Part shown: piece by piece, positions 1 to 15,474 of the stretch
How positions within the stretch are numbered: the first letter of the stretch is position 1
Layout: every line of letters begins with the position of its first letter
Assembly: GCA_964016885.1 (NCBI GenBank)
Contig: OZ024756.1
Span: 13,206,001 to 13,270,000, forward strand
Length of the DNA stretch: 64,000 nucleotides
Reading direction: 5' to 3'
Source of the DNA: Eledone cirrhosa
Taxonomy: Eukaryota
Notes under the pieces: model-generated
Seen by the model: only the letters and a program-made list of their open reading frames with translations
The model's database searches: none
Told to the model about the DNA's origin: nothing
Program-made: the position numbers and the translations under genes

Positions 1-3000
1 ACCTCACACCTACCTATACACCATCAGGTACATCACACCTACCTGTACACCATCAGGTACCTCACACCTACCTGTACACTATCAGGTACATCACCTACCT
101 GTACACCATCAGGTACCTCACACCTACCTGTACACCATCAGGTACATCACACCTACCTGTACACCATCAGGTACCTCACATCTACCTGTACACCATCAGG
201 TACCTCACACCTACCTATACACCATCAGGTACATCACACCTACCTATACACCATCAGGTACATCACACCTACCTGTACACCATCAGGTACCTCACACCTA
301 CCTATACACCATCAGGTACATCACACCTACCTGTACACCATCAGGTACCTCACACCTACCTGTACACTATCAGGTACATCACCTACCTGTACACCATCAG
401 GTACCTCACACCTACCTATACACCATCAGGTACATCACACCTACCTGTGCACCATCAGGTACCTCACACCTACCTATACACCATCAGGTACTTCACACCT
501 ACCTGTACACGATCAGGTACCTCACACCTACCTATACACCATCAGGTACATCACACCTACCTGTACACCATCAGGTACCTCACACCTACCTGTACACCAT
601 CAGGTACATCACACCTACCTGTACACCATCAGGTACCTCACATCTACCTGTACACCATCAGGTACCTCACACCTACCTATACACCATCAGGTACATCACA
701 CCTACCTATACACCATCAGGTACATCACACCTACCTGTACACCATCAGGTACCTCACACCTACCTATACACCATCAGGTACATCACACCTACCTGTACAC
801 CATCAGGTACCTCACACCTACCTGTACACTATCAGGTACATCACCTACCTGTACACCATCAGGTACCTCACACCTACCTGTACACCATCAGGTACATCAC
901 ACCTACCTGTACATCATCAGGTACCTCACATCTACCTGTACACCACCAGGTACCTCACACCTACCTATACACCATCAGGTACATCACACCTACCTGTACA
1001 CCATCAGGTACCTCACACCTACCTGTACACCATCAGGTACATCACACCTACCTGTACACCATCAGGTACCTCACATCTACCTGTACACCATCAGGTACCT
1101 CACACCTACCTATACACCATCAGGTACATCACACCTACCTGTACACCATCAGGTACATCACACCTACCTATACACCATCAGGTACATCACACCTACCTGT
1201 ACACCATCAGGTACCTCACACCTACCTATACACCATCAGGTACATCACACCTACCTGTACACCATCAGGTACCTCACACCTACCTGTACACTATCAGGTA
1301 CATCACCTACCTGTACACCATCAGGTACCTCACACCTACCTGTACACCATCAGGTACATCACACCTACCTGTACACCATCAGGTACCTCACACCTACCTG
1401 TACACCATCAGGTACATCACACCTACCTGTACACCATCAGGTACCTCACACCTACCTGTACACCATCAGGTACATCACACCTACCTGTACACCATCAGGT
1501 ACCTCACATCTACCTGTACACCATCAGGTACCTCACACCTACATATACACTATCAGGTACATCACACCTACCTGTACACCATCAGGTACCTCACACCTAC
1601 CTGTACACCATCAGGTACATCACACCTACCTGTACATCATCAGGTACCTCACACCTACCTGTACACCATCAGGTACCTCACACCTACCTGTACATCATCA
1701 GGTACCTCACACCTACCTGTACACCATCAGGTACCTCACACCTACCTGTACACCATCAGGTACCTCACACCTACCTGTACACCATCAGGTACCTCACACC
1801 TACCTATACATCATCAGGTACCTCACACCTACCTGTACACCATCAGGTACCTCACACCTACCTATACACCATCAGGTACCTCACACCTACCTATACACCA
1901 TCAGGTACATCACACCTACCTGTACACCATCAGGTACCTCACACCTACCTGTACACCATCAGATACCTCACACCTACCTGTACACCATCAGGTACATCAC
2001 ACCTACCTATACACCATCAGGTACCTCACACCTACCTGTACACTATCAGGTACATCACCTACCTGTACACCATCAGGTACCTCACACCTACCTGTACACT
2101 ATCAGGTACATCACCTACCTGTACACCATCAGGTACCTCACACCTACCTGTACACCATCAGGTACATCACACCTACCTATACACCATCAGGTACATCACA
2201 CCTACCTGTACACCATCAGGTACCTCACACCTACCTATACACCATCAGGTACATCACACCTACCTGTACGCCATCATGTACCTCACACCTACCTATACAC
2301 CATCAGGTACATCACATCTACCTGTACACCATCAGGTACCTCACACCTACCTATACACCATCAGGTACTTCACACCTACCTGTACACGATCAGGTACCTC
2401 ACACCTACCTATACACCATCAGGTACATCACACCTACCTGTACACTATCAGGTACCTCACACCTACCTGTACACCATCAGGTACATCACACCTACCTGTA
2501 CACCATCAGGTACCTCACATCTACCTGTACACCATCAGGTACCTCACACCTACCTATACACCATCAGGTACATCACACCTACCTGTACACCATCAGGTAC
2601 ATCACACCTACCTATACACCATCAGGTACATCACACCTACCTGTACACCATCAGGTACCTCACACCTACCTATACACCATCAGGTACATCACACCTACCT
2701 GTACACCATCAGGTACCTCACACCTACCTGTACACTATCAGGTACATCACCTACCTGTACACCATCAGGTACCTCACACCTACCTGTACACCATCAGGTA
2801 CATCACACCTACCTGTACACCATCAGGTACCTCACATCTACCTGTACACCATCAGGTACCTCACACCTACCTATACACCATCAGGTACATCACACCTACC
2901 TGTACACCATCAGGTACTTCACACCTACCTGTACACCATCAGGTACATCACACCTACCTGTACACCATCAGGTACCTCACATCTACCTGTACACCATCAG

Positions 3001-6000
3001 GTACCTCACACCTACCTATACACCATCAGGTACATCACACCTACCTGTACACCATCAGGTACCTCACACCTACCTGTACACCATCAGGTACATCACACCT
3101 ACCTGTACATCATCAGGTACCTCACACCTACCTGTACACCATCAGGTACCTCATACCTACCTATACACCATCAGGTACCTCACACCTACCTGTACACCAT
3201 CAGGTACCTCACACCTACCTGTACACCATCAGGTAGACGGCACACCTACCTGTACACCATCAGGTACCTCACACCTACCTATACATCATCAGGTACCTCA
3301 CACCTACCTGTACACCATCAGGTACCTCACACCTACCTATACACCATCAGGTACATCACACCTACCTGTACACTATCAGGTACATCACCTACCTGTACAC
3401 CATCAGGTACCTCACACCTACCTGTACACCATCAGGTACATCACACCTACCTGTACACCATCAGGTACCTCACACCTACCTGTACACCATCAGGTACATC
3501 ACACCTACCTGTACACCATCAGGTACCTCACATCTACCTGTACACCATCAGGTACCTCACACCTACCTATACACCATCAGGTACATCACACCTACCTGTA
3601 CACCATCAGGTACCTCACACCTACCTGTACACCATGAGGTACATCACACCTACCTGTACATCTTCAGGTACCTCACACCTACCTGTACACTATCAGGTAC
3701 ATCACCTACCTGTACACCATCAGGTACCTCACACCTACCTGTACACCATCAGGTACCTCACACCTACCTATACACCATCAGGTACCTCACACCTACCTGT
3801 ACACCATCAGGTACATCACACCTACCTGTACACCGTCAGGTACCTCACATCTACCTGTACACCATCAGGTACCTCACACCTACCTATGCACCATCAGGTA
3901 CATCACACCTACCTGTACACCATCAGGTACCTCACACCTACCTGTACACCATCAGGTACATCACACCTACCTGTACACCATCAGGTACCTCACATCTACC
4001 TGTACACCATCAGGTACATCACACCTACCTGTACACCATCAGGTACCTCACACCTACCTATACACCATCAGGTACATCACACCTACCTGTACACCATCAG
4101 GTACATCACACCTACCTGTACACCATCAGGTACCTCACATCTACCTGTACACCCTCAGGTACCTCACACCTACCTATACACCATCAGGTACATCACACCT
4201 ACCTGTACACCATCAGGTACCTCACACCTACCTGTACACCATCAGGTAGACGGCACACCTACCTGTACACCATCAGGTACCTCACACCTACCTGTACACC
4301 ATCAGGTACCTCACACCTACCTGTACACCATCAGGTACCTCACACCTACCTATACACCATCAGGTACATCACACCTACCTGTACACCATCAGGTACCTCA
4401 CACCTACCTGTACACCATCAGGTACCTCACACCTACCTGTACACCATCAGGTACATCACACCTACCTGTACACCATCAGGTACATCACACCTACCTGTAC
4501 ACCATCAGGTACATCACACCTACCTGTACACCATCAGGTACCTCACACCTACCTGTACACCATCAGGTACCTCACACCTACCTGTACACCATCAGGTACA
4601 TCACACCTACCTGTACACCATCAGGTACCTCACACCTACCTATACACCATCAGGTACTTCACACCTACCTGTACACGATCAGGTACCTCACACCTACCTA
4701 TACACCATCAGGTACATCACACCTACCTGTACACTATCAGGTACCTCACACCTACCTGTACACCATCAGGTACATCACACCTACCTGTACACCATCAGGT
4801 ACCTCACATCTACCTGTGCACCATCACGTACCTCACACCTACCTATACACCATCAGGTACATCACACCTACCTGTACACCATCAGGTACATCACACCTAC
4901 CTATACACCATCAGGTACATCACACCTACCTGTACACCATCAGGTACCTCACACCTACCTATACACCATCAGGTACATCACACCTACCTGTACACCATCA
5001 GGTACCTCACACCTACCTGTACACTATCAGGTACATCACCTACCTGTACACCATCAGGTACCTCACACCTACCTGTACACCATCAGGTACATCACACCTA
5101 CCTGTACACCATCAGGTACCTCACATCTACCTGTACACCATCAGGTACCTCACACCTACCTATACACCATCAGGTACATCACACCTACCTGTACACCATC
5201 AGGTACATCACACCTACCTGTACACCATCAGGTACCTCACACCTACCTATACACCATCAGGTACATCACACCTACCTGTACGCCATCATGTACCTCACAC
5301 CTACCTATACACCATCAGGTACATCACATCTACCTGTACACCATCAGGTACCTCACACCTACCTATACACCATCAGGTACTTCACACCTACCTGTACACG
5401 ATCAGGTACCTCACACCTACCTATACACCATCAGGTACATCACACCTACCTGTACACTATCAGGTACCTCACACCTACCTGTACACCATCAGGTACATCA
5501 CACCTACCTGTACACCATCAGGTACCTCACATCTACCTGTACACCATCAGGTACCTCACACCTACCTATACACCATCAGGTACATCACACCTACCTGTAC
5601 ACCATCAGGTACATCACACCTACCTATACACCATCAGGTACATCACACCTACCTGTACACCATCAGGTACCTCACACCTACCTATACACCATCAGGTACA
5701 TCACACCTACCTGTACACCATCAGGTACCTCACACCTACCTGTACACTATCAGGTACATCACCTACCTGTACACCATCAGGTACCTCACACCTACCTGTA
5801 CACCATCAGGTACATCACACCTACCTGTACACCATCAGGTACCTCACATCTACCTGTACACCATCAGGTACCTCACACCTACCTATACACCATCAGGTAC
5901 ATCACACCTACCTGTACACCATCAGGTACTTCACACCTACCTGTACACCATCAGGTACATCACACCTACCTGTACACCATCAGGTACCTCACATCTACCT

Positions 6001-9000
6001 GTACACCATCAGGTACCTCACACCTACCTATACACCATCAGGTACATCACACCTACCTGTACACCATCAGGTACCTCACACCTACCTGTACACCATCAGG
6101 TACATCACACCTACCTGTACATCATCAGGTACCTCACACCTACCTGTACACCATCAGGTACCTCATACCTACCTATACACCATCAGGTACCTCACACCTA
6201 CCTGTACACCATCAGGTACCTCACACCTACCTGTACACCATCAGGTAGACGGCACACCTACCTGTACACCATCAGGTACCTCACACCTACCTATACATCA
6301 TCAGGTACCTCACACCTACCTGTACACCATCAGGTACCTCACACCTACCTATACACCATCAGGTACATCACACCTACCTGTACACTATCAGGTACATCAC
6401 CTACCTGTACACCATCAGGTACCTCACACCTACCTGTACACCATCAGGTACATCACACCTACCTGTACACCATCAGGTACCTCACACCTACCTGTACACC
6501 ATCAGGTACATCACACCTACCTGTACACCATCAGGTACCTCACATCTACCTGTACACCATCAGGTACCTCACACCTACCTATACACCATCAGGTACATCA
6601 CACCTACCTGTACACCATCAGGTACCTCACACCTACCTGTACACCATGAGGTACATCACACCTACCTGTACATCTTCAGGTACCTCACACCTACCTGTAC
6701 ACTATCAGGTACATCACCTACCTGTACACCATCAGGTACCTCACACCTACCTGTACACCATCAGGTACCTCACACCTACCTATACACCATCAGGTACCTC
6801 ACACCTACCTGTACACCATCAAGTACATCACACCTACCTGTACACCGTCAGGTACCTCACATCTACCTGTACACCATCAGGTACCTCACACCTACCTATG
6901 CACCATCAGGTACATCACACCTACCTGTACACCATCAGGTACCTCACACCTACCTGTACACCATCAGGTACATCACACCTACCTGTACACCATCAGGTAC
7001 CTCACATCTACCTGTACACCATCAGGTACATCACACCTACCTGTACACCATCAGGTACCTCACACCTACCTATACACCATCAGGTACATCACACCTACCT
7101 GTACACCATCAGGTACATCACACCTACCTGTACACCATCAGGTACCTCACATCTACCTGTACACCCTCAGGTACCTCACACCTACCTATACACCATCAGG
7201 TACATCACACCTACCTGTACACCATCAGGTACCTCACACCTACCTGTACACCATCAGGTAGACGGCACACCTACCTGTACACCATCAGGTACCTCACACC
7301 TACCTGTACACCATCAGGTACCTCACACCTACCTGTACACCATCAGGTACCTCACACCTACCTATACACCATCAGGTACATCACACCTACCTGTACACCA
7401 TCAGGTACCTCACACCTACCTGTACACCATCAGGTACCTCACACCTACCTGTACACCATCAGGTACATAACACCTACCTGTACACCATCAGGTACATCAC
7501 ACCTACCTGTACACCATCAGGTACATCACACCTACCTGTACACCATCAGGTACTTCACACCTACCTGTACACCATCAGGTACCTCACACCTACCTGTACA
7601 CCATCAGGTACATCACACCTACCTGTACACCATCAGGTACCTCACACCTACCTGTACACCATCAGGTACCTCACACCTACCTGTACACCATCAGGTACCT
7701 CACACCTACCTGCACACCATCAGGTACCTCACACCTACCTGTACACCATCAGGTACATCACCTACCTGTACACCATCAGGTACCTCACACCTACCTGTAC
7801 ACTATCAGGTACATCACCTACCTGTACACCATCAGGTACCTCACACCTACCTGTACACTATCAGGTACATCACCTACCTGTACACCATCAGGTACCTCAC
7901 ACCTACCTGTACACCATCAGGTACATCACACCTACCTATACACCATCAGGTACATCACACCTACCTGTACACCATCAGGTACCTCACACCTACCTATACA
8001 CCATCAGGTACATCACACCTACCTGTACGCCATCATGTACCTCACACCTACCTATACACCATCAGGTACATCACACCTACCTGTACACCATCAGGTACCT
8101 CACACCTACCTATACACCATCAGGTACTTCACACCTACCTGTACACGATCAGGTACCTCACACCTACCTATACACCATCAGGTACATCACACCTACCTGT
8201 ACACTATCAGGTACCTCACACCTACCTGTACACCATCAGGTACATCACACCTACCTGTACACCATCAGGTACCTCACATCTACCTGTACACCATCAGGTA
8301 CCTCACACCTACCTATACACCATCAGGTACATCACACCTACCTGTACACCATCAGGTACATCACACCTACCTATACACCATCAGGTACATCACACCTACC
8401 TGTACACCATCAGGTACCTCACACCTACCTATACACCATCAGGTACATCACACCTACCTGTACACCATCAGGTACCTCACACCTACCTGTACACTATCAG
8501 GTACATCACCTACCTGTACACCATCAGGTACCTCACACCTACCTGTACACCATCAGGTACATCACACCTACCTGTACACCATCAGGTACCTCACATCTAC
8601 CTGTACACCATCAGGTACCTCACACCTACCTATACACCATCAGGTACATCACACCTACCTGTACACCATCAGGTACTTCACACCTACCTGTACACCATCA
8701 GGTACATCACACCTACCTGTACACCATCAGGTACCTCACATCTACCTGTACACCATCAGGTACCTCACACCTACCTATACACCATCAGGTACATCACACC
8801 TACCTGTACACCATCAGGTACCTCACACCTACCTGTACACCATCAGGTACATCACACCTACCTGTACATCATCAGGTACCTCACACCTACCTGTACACCA
8901 TCAGGTACCTCATACCTACCTATACACCATCAGGTACCTCACACCTACCTGTACACCATCAGGTACCTCACACCTACCTGTACACCATCAGGTAGACGGC

Positions 9001-11112
9001 ACACCTACCTGTACACCATCAGGTACCTCACACCTACCTATACATCATCAGGTACCTCACACCTACCTGTACACCATCAGGTACCTCACACCTACCTATA
9101 CACCATCAGGTACATCACACCTACCTGTACACTATCAGGTACATCACCTACCTGTACACCATCAGGTACCTCACACCTACCTGTACACCATCAGGTACAT
9201 CACACCTACCTGTACACCATCAGGTACCTCACACCTACCTGTACACCATCAGGTACATCACACCTACCTGTACACCATCAGGTACCTCACATCTACCTGT
9301 ACACCATCAGGTACCTCACACCTACCTATACACCATCAGGTACATCACACCTACCTGTACACCATCAGGTACCTCACACCTACCTGTACACCATGAGGTA
9401 CATCACACCTACCTGTACATCTTCAGGTACCTCACACCTACCTGTACACTATCAGGTACATCACCTACCTGTACACCATCAGGTACCTCACACCTACCTG
9501 TACACCATCAGGTACCTCACACCTACCTATACACCATCAGGTACCTCACACCTACCTGTACACCATCAGGTACATCACACCTACCTGTACACCGTCAGGT
9601 ACCTCACATCTACCTGTACACCATCAGGTACCTCACACCTACCTATGCACCATCAGGTACATCACACCTACCTGTACACCATCAGGTACCTCACACCTAC
9701 CTGTACACCATCAGGTACATCACACCTACCTGTACACCATCAGGTACCTCACATCTACCTGTACACCATCAGGTACATCACACCTACCTGTACACCATCA
9801 GGTACCTCACACCTACCTATACACCATCAGGTACATCACACCTACCTGTACACCATCAGGTACATCACACCTACCTGTACACCATCAGGTACCTCACATC
9901 TACCTGTACACCATCAGGTACCTCACACCTACCTATACACCATCAGGTACATCACACCTACCTGTACACCATCAGGTACCTCACACCTACCTGTACACCA
10001 TCAGGTAGACGGCACACCTACCTGTACACCATCAGGTACCTCACACCTACCTGTACACCATCAGGTACCTCACACCTACCTGTACACCATCAGGTACCTC
10101 ACACCTACCTATACACCATCAGGTACATCACACCTACCTGTACACCATCAGGTACCTCACACCTACCTGTACACCATCAGGTACCTCACACCTACCTGTA
10201 CACCATCAGGTACATCACACCTACCTGTACACCATCAGGTACATCACACCTACCTGTACACCATCAGGTACATCACACCTACCTGTACACCATCAGGTAC
10301 CTCACACCTACCTGTACACCATCAGGTACCTCACACCTACCTGTACACCATCAGGTACATCACACCTACCTGTACACCATCAGGTACCTCACACCTACCT
10401 GTACACCATCAGGTACCTCACACCTACCTGTACACCATCAGGTACCTCACACCTACCTGCACACCATCAGGTACCTCACACCTACCTGTACACCATCAGG
10501 TACATCACCTACCTGTACACCATCAGGTACATCACCTACCTGTACACCATCAGGTACCTCACACCTACCTGTACACCATTAGGTACATCACATCTACCTG
10601 TACACCATCAGGTACCGCACACCTACCTGTACACCATCAGGTACCTCACACCTACCTGTACACCATCAGGTACCTCACACCTACCTGTACACCATCAGGT
10701 ACCTCACACCTACCTGTACACCATCAGGTACCTCACACCTACCTGTACACCATCAGGTACCTCACACCTACCTGTACACCATCAGGTACCTCACACCTAC
10801 CTGTACACCATCAGGTACATCACACCTACCTGTACACTATCAGGTACATCACACCTACCTGTACACCATCAGGTACATCACACCTACCTGTACACCATCA
10901 GGTACATCACACCTACCTGTACACCATCAGGTACCACACCTACCTGTACACCATCAGGTACATCACCTACCTGTACACCATCAGGTACCTCACACCTACC
11001 TGTACACCATCAGGTACCTCACACCTACCTGTACACCATCAGGTACCTCACACCTACCTGTACACCATCAGGTACCTCACACCTACCTGTACACCATCAG
11101 GTAGATGGCACA
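1..11112. repeat. 29-bp tandem satellite (ACCTCACACCTACCTGTACACCATCAGGT) with kb-scale higher-order duplications; runs off the window start
   Basis: Continuous 29-bp period with occasional 27-bp units. Rare variants recur, e.g. GTAGACGGCAC at ~3233, 4247, 6245, 7259, 8992 and 10006. Identical 453-aa spurious ORFs start at 2276, 5288 and 8035. Confidence 0.97.
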
Positions 11113-11890
11113 CTAAAGTGACTACCTGTGTTTGATACTTGTGACGTCAAATTAAAATGTAATACATGAAGAAATGACGTGACGTAGTATTTAGGGAGAA
11201 CTATAATGAGGCTACACGTGTCAATGGAATTCTTGGCCACTTTCACATTCATAGGCAAGTTGTTCCTTTAATCAAACAACTGGAGCAGTCGTCGTCGAAA
11301 CAGTTGGAGGTCCAACATCCACAACTTATAAAACATTCAGTTCCCTATATTTTATCGTCTTTGAATCTGTGAGTAATAAATATTTATAATAAATTCTATT
11401 AAACAAATCCTCTAACAAACATGGCGTCCATATCCTCACAATGTTTAATGTTTTAAACTAATTTGCAATTTTGAAACAGAGGCAAAACCAATATCATACA
11501 TCCATTTTTCAAATTAATTTTAAAGCATTCTAAAGATATTCATAATCCTAATTTAATTTCACTTAATTTAATTCTAATTGTTCACTAAATGTTTATTACT
11601 GTAATTTATTTAATATTTATTTTATTATATATTATATATGCTGTCGAATTTAAGCGCAAATATTCATTTTAGCAACCAGCAATCAAATCGATTTTATATT
11701 TTTAACTTTATTTTATAATGCCATACACCACCGCGTAAATATTTATATAGTCTTACATAATCTATTCAATTAAAACAGCTAAAGTAGAATCTGAAGCCAT
11801 CGATCAACTTTTAAATAGCGATGTTTAAGTCCCTAACTATAATTAAAAACAAACAAAAAAACTTATTGATCATAACTTAAGAGATAATGA

Positions 11891-12569
11891 ATATGTTACG
11901 ATTCTATGATGTATACAAATATGTCACGATTCTATGATATATACAAATAAGTTACAATTCTATGATATATACAAATACTAGCAGTGGTACCCGGCGTTGC
12001 ACGGGATAAGGTATTTTGGAACGCGGGCCGCAACAGACCTAATCGTGGAAAAACTGCATGCCTGGACAATATGTAAAGAAAATAAATCGTTACATATTGT
12101 CATAAATACTCTGATGGCTGGATAATCTTTAAGATTTTCCTCGATGAAGCAGGAAAAATGCAGGTTTTCACCTAATGCGGGCCTAGGGGATCAAGAAATT
12201 GAATTTTTTTTAGGTGCATAATATGCCTTGAAATTTCGAGAAAATTGGCTAGACGTAACGCCTCAAAAAAGCCCTAAAAAGCTGAAAAAATGAAATTTTT
12301 CACCTAATGCGAGCCCTAGGCCATAAAAAGTTGGATTTTCTTTGCTCACGGTATGAAGAAGAGACTGACTAATACATAGTTACAATTTCAAGGAAATCGG
12401 TCTGACGTAACGCCTAAAATAATTCCTAAAAAGCTGAAAAAACGCAGTTTTTCACCTAAGGGATCAAAAAGTTGACTTTTATGTGCATAACACTCCCTGA
12501 AACATAAGTAATACACATGTAAAGTTTGAAAAAATCGGTTGGGTACTTCTCGAGTTTTAGGGATTCAAA

Positions 12570-12664
<95 letters not shown>

Positions 12665-12740
12665 CCTCAGTTTTATATACAAATATGATACAATTCTATG
12701 ATATATACAAATATATTACAATTGTATGATATTTACAAAT
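11891..12740. repeat. 28-bp minisatellite (ATATGTTACGATTCTATGATATATACAA) split by a Helitron-like insert
   Basis: Three units at 11891-11974 and about two more after 12680. Confidence 0.75.
11978..12679 (-). mobile_element. Non-autonomous Helitron-like element containing (CA)n
   Basis: The minus strand ends in hairpin CCCGTGCAACGCCGGG, 8 nt, then CTAG|T, a canonical Helitron 3' end. It has internal subrepeats (TTTTCACCTAA x3) and a microsatellite near the 5' end. The 5' TC is not clearly preserved. Confidence 0.6.
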
Positions 12741-13369
12741 TAAACAAAATTTGCTAAATCATAGTAGTTTAACGTATCATTGGAGAAACTACATTCTTTA
12801 TAGAACTACTAGCAGAAAAACCACCCTTCGGGTAGTTTTCTGCTAGCATGTGTAGTGTGTATATTGATATTATATGCAAGTATATATATACATGTAGATA
12901 TGATATGTCAAATAAAATCGTAATTGACAATATACACAGAAATTGAACAAAGACTGCGTTACACTGTCTTATGTAATCAGTAACGTAATCCATGATACAT
13001 TTAAAAAAAAAAACATATTATATATAAACTGCATTAGGAGAAAATTAGTGACAGAAAATTAATGTTTATTTAAGCGATCGCAACCGGGAGTGTTGACATT
13101 TGAAAATTTTAAAGAAGTGAATCTTTAAATAAATAATAAAATATATTTAATGAACAGCCACGAAATTTAGTAGATAAATTACGGGGTCGATAAAATAAAG
13201 TACCAGTAATGCACTGGGTAATTGCTGGCCTTGTGCCTAAAGTAGAAACAATTATTTATTCAAAGTAATCCAACTTATTTTACTAATGGGATAAAAAATT
13301 ATAAACCGTACGCAGTCCCGCGCTTCTTACTTTATTATAGTTTAGATTACCTAACATCATATAACTACT

Positions 13370-13545
13370 ACGGCATAGGGTTACGGCTCTTTGCGTTCTG
13401 AGTTCAAATCCCAGTGAGGTTAGCTTTGCCTTTCATCATTACGGGGTCGATAAAATAAAGCACCAGTAATGCATTGTAGTTGATTTAATCGATTTTTTCC
13501 TCTCTTAAAATTGCTGGCCTTGTGCCAAATGTAGAAACTATTATA
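13370..13545 (+). mobile_element. tRNA-derived SINE (family with central GCCTTTCATCC...GGGGTCGATAAAATAAAGTACCAG domain, Meta/MESC-like)
   Basis: B-box GAGTTCAAATCC plus a central domain shared with more than 12 copies in this window. A 3' fragment also lies at ~13181-13255. Confidence 0.75.
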
Positions 13546-13740
13546 TAACGACTGTCTTATTACATTTAATATGTAACTGTATGGTCCCGTTACTCCTGAG
13601 TCAAAGGGAGCCGAAGTGACATAGTGCGTTTCTTGGGCATTTTTTAAACCTGACAGATCCGATCCTTTTCCACGTCTGAACGCAGCAGATTTCTTCCAGA
13701 GAAAGTGAGAGAAAGATATAGAGGAAGAATCGTCCCCTGT

Positions 13741-13900
13741 ACTAGACTGGTACTTTCTTTTACCGACCTCGAAAGGACGAAAGGACGAAAGGCAAAGTTA
13801 ACTTCGGCGGGATTTGAACTCAAAGAACAGAGCGCCGGTTCGAATACGGCAAAGCATTTTCTCTGAAAGAGGTGAAAGAATTCTGGCCGGATACGGCCAG
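13741..13900 (-). mobile_element. Diverged SINE copy, same family
   Basis: CTGGTACTTT...GAAAGGCAAAGTTAACTTCGGCGGGATTTGAACTC. Confidence 0.7.
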
Positions 13901-14619
13901 TTTAAATGTTATGTTACAGCTTATTATGTTATAAACAATTTGTTGTGCTTGGGCAATCAGGAAATCGTTGAATTCCATATTCCCTGAGGCATTATTGTAA
14001 TAAATAGCTTCGTTACAATTTTCTTTCTGTTTTGGCGGTAGGCCTGAGTTTCTTTTATTTTGTTATAAAGAAGAAAATTTATTCATATTTATGTAAATCA
14101 GTTCTTCATTCGATTTCTTAAGTGATTGCAATTTCTATTTGCCTCCAAGTTTAATGTTATATATAAAAACGTTCATGATACTCATATATACGGATATTGT
14201 GATACTATGACACCGATGACATTGAAGCTGTTGGTTAAATCTTTTCTGAATTTATCTAACACACACATACACAGGCCTCCCACATACATACATACGTACA
14301 TACATACATACATGATGATGATGATGGCTGCCTCCTCGTTATCGAGTATGGTCATTGCACGAGAAAAAAAAACCCATAATAATAATAATAATAATAATAT
14401 TAATAATAACAACAACAACAATAATAATATACATATATATATATATACACACACACGCACACACATAAACATATCTACACACACACAATAGCAATTAACA
14501 GCGCTGCGATCGAATGTGGCTTTTTAGCCCAGCCAATGATCTAAAATGTCTTGCACAGAGTTGGCAACCAAAACATTTACTGGCAATAGCCGGCAGTGGT
14601 TGGAGTTCATGTACTTTTG

Positions 14620-14686
<67 letters not shown>

Positions 14687-14790
14687 GCAGAGGTTATATT
14701 TAATTTGTTGGGATTCAACAAGCTTAAACATTTTTATAACTGATATAAAGCACTCAACAAGTTAGTGGAGTAAATACACAATATATTAAT

Positions 14791-14908
14791 TGTTTCTACT
14801 TTTGGCACCAGGCCAGCAATTATCTCAGTGCATTACTGGTACTTTATTTTATCGACCCCGTAAGGATGAAAGGCAAAGTTAACCTCGGCGGGATTTGAAC
14901 TCAGATCA
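14791..14908 (-). mobile_element. 5'-truncated SINE with 20-bp target-site duplication
   Basis: TAAATACACAATATATTAAT at 14771-14790 and 14909-14928. Confidence 0.85.
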
Positions 14909-14958
14909 TAAATACACAATATATTAATAAATGGAAACTATATTTATAAAACCATATT

Positions 14959-15024
14959 TATTTTATTATACATATTTCAAGGGCAACCAAGGCAAATTAT
15001 GGTGCGCTTTCATCAGATAAAATA
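14959..15024 (-). ncRNA. Minimal type I hammerhead ribozyme (family A, antisense arm)
   Basis: Reverse complement of 15203-15268. Confidence 0.75.
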
Positions 15025-15202
15025 CACATTTGTTTTATAAATAAATATTGACATGCCCGGAAAAAAGACAACCTTAACGGTTGGAGCTTCCTGGATAGTA
15101 CATTTATCAATAAATGTACTATCTCCACTATCCAGGAAGCTCCAACCGTTAAGGTTGTCTTTTTTTTCGGGTATGTCAATATTTATTTATAAAACAAATC
15201 TG

Positions 15203-15268
15203 TATTTTATCTGATGAAAGCGCACCATAATTTGCCTTGGTTGCCCTTGAAATATGTATAATAAAATA
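15203..15268 (+). ncRNA. Minimal type I hammerhead ribozyme (family A)
   Basis: TATTTTAT-CTGATGA-AAG..CTT-GAAA-TATGTA-TA-ATAAAATA: 8-bp stem I, intact core, self-complementary short stem III. Confidence 0.8.
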
Positions 15269-15308
15269 AATATGGTTTTATAAATATAGTTTCCATTTAT
15301 TAATATAT

Positions 15309-15348
<40 letters not shown>

Positions 15349-15438
15349 AGGTAAACAGAAATAACAACACAATCGGTACAGTATATGGAAGGTATATATT
15401 AGGTTAACGCTTGATATAGCAGGAAGAGAGAGAGAGAG

Positions 15439-15474
15439 TCTTAACGTTTCGGACGCTAGTCGTTCATCAGAAGA
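15439..15474 (-). ncRNA. Minimal hammerhead ribozyme motif
   Basis: Minus strand TCTT-CTGATGA-ACGACTAGCGTCC-GAAA-CG-TT-AAGA, with palindromic AACGTT and a weak stem II. Confidence 0.6.

Larger units (their letters stand above)
14686..15315. mobile_element. Fold-back Penelope-like terminal-repeat insert, family A
   Basis: ~190-bp inverted arms (14912-15099 / 15128-15315) plus a one-sided tail at 14686-14790. A second copy lies at 32641-33380. Each arm carries a hammerhead motif and the insert is flanked by (TA)n. Confidence 0.75.

Noticed and set aside
447-11135. Long His/Thr/Pro/Tyr-rich ORFs
   Set aside because: Translations of the 29-bp satellite in overlapping frames, with no unique domain.
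11140-11430. Promoter (CRE TGACGTCA at 11142, YY1-like AACATGGCG)
   Set aside because: Short motifs expected by chance, with no linked gene identified.
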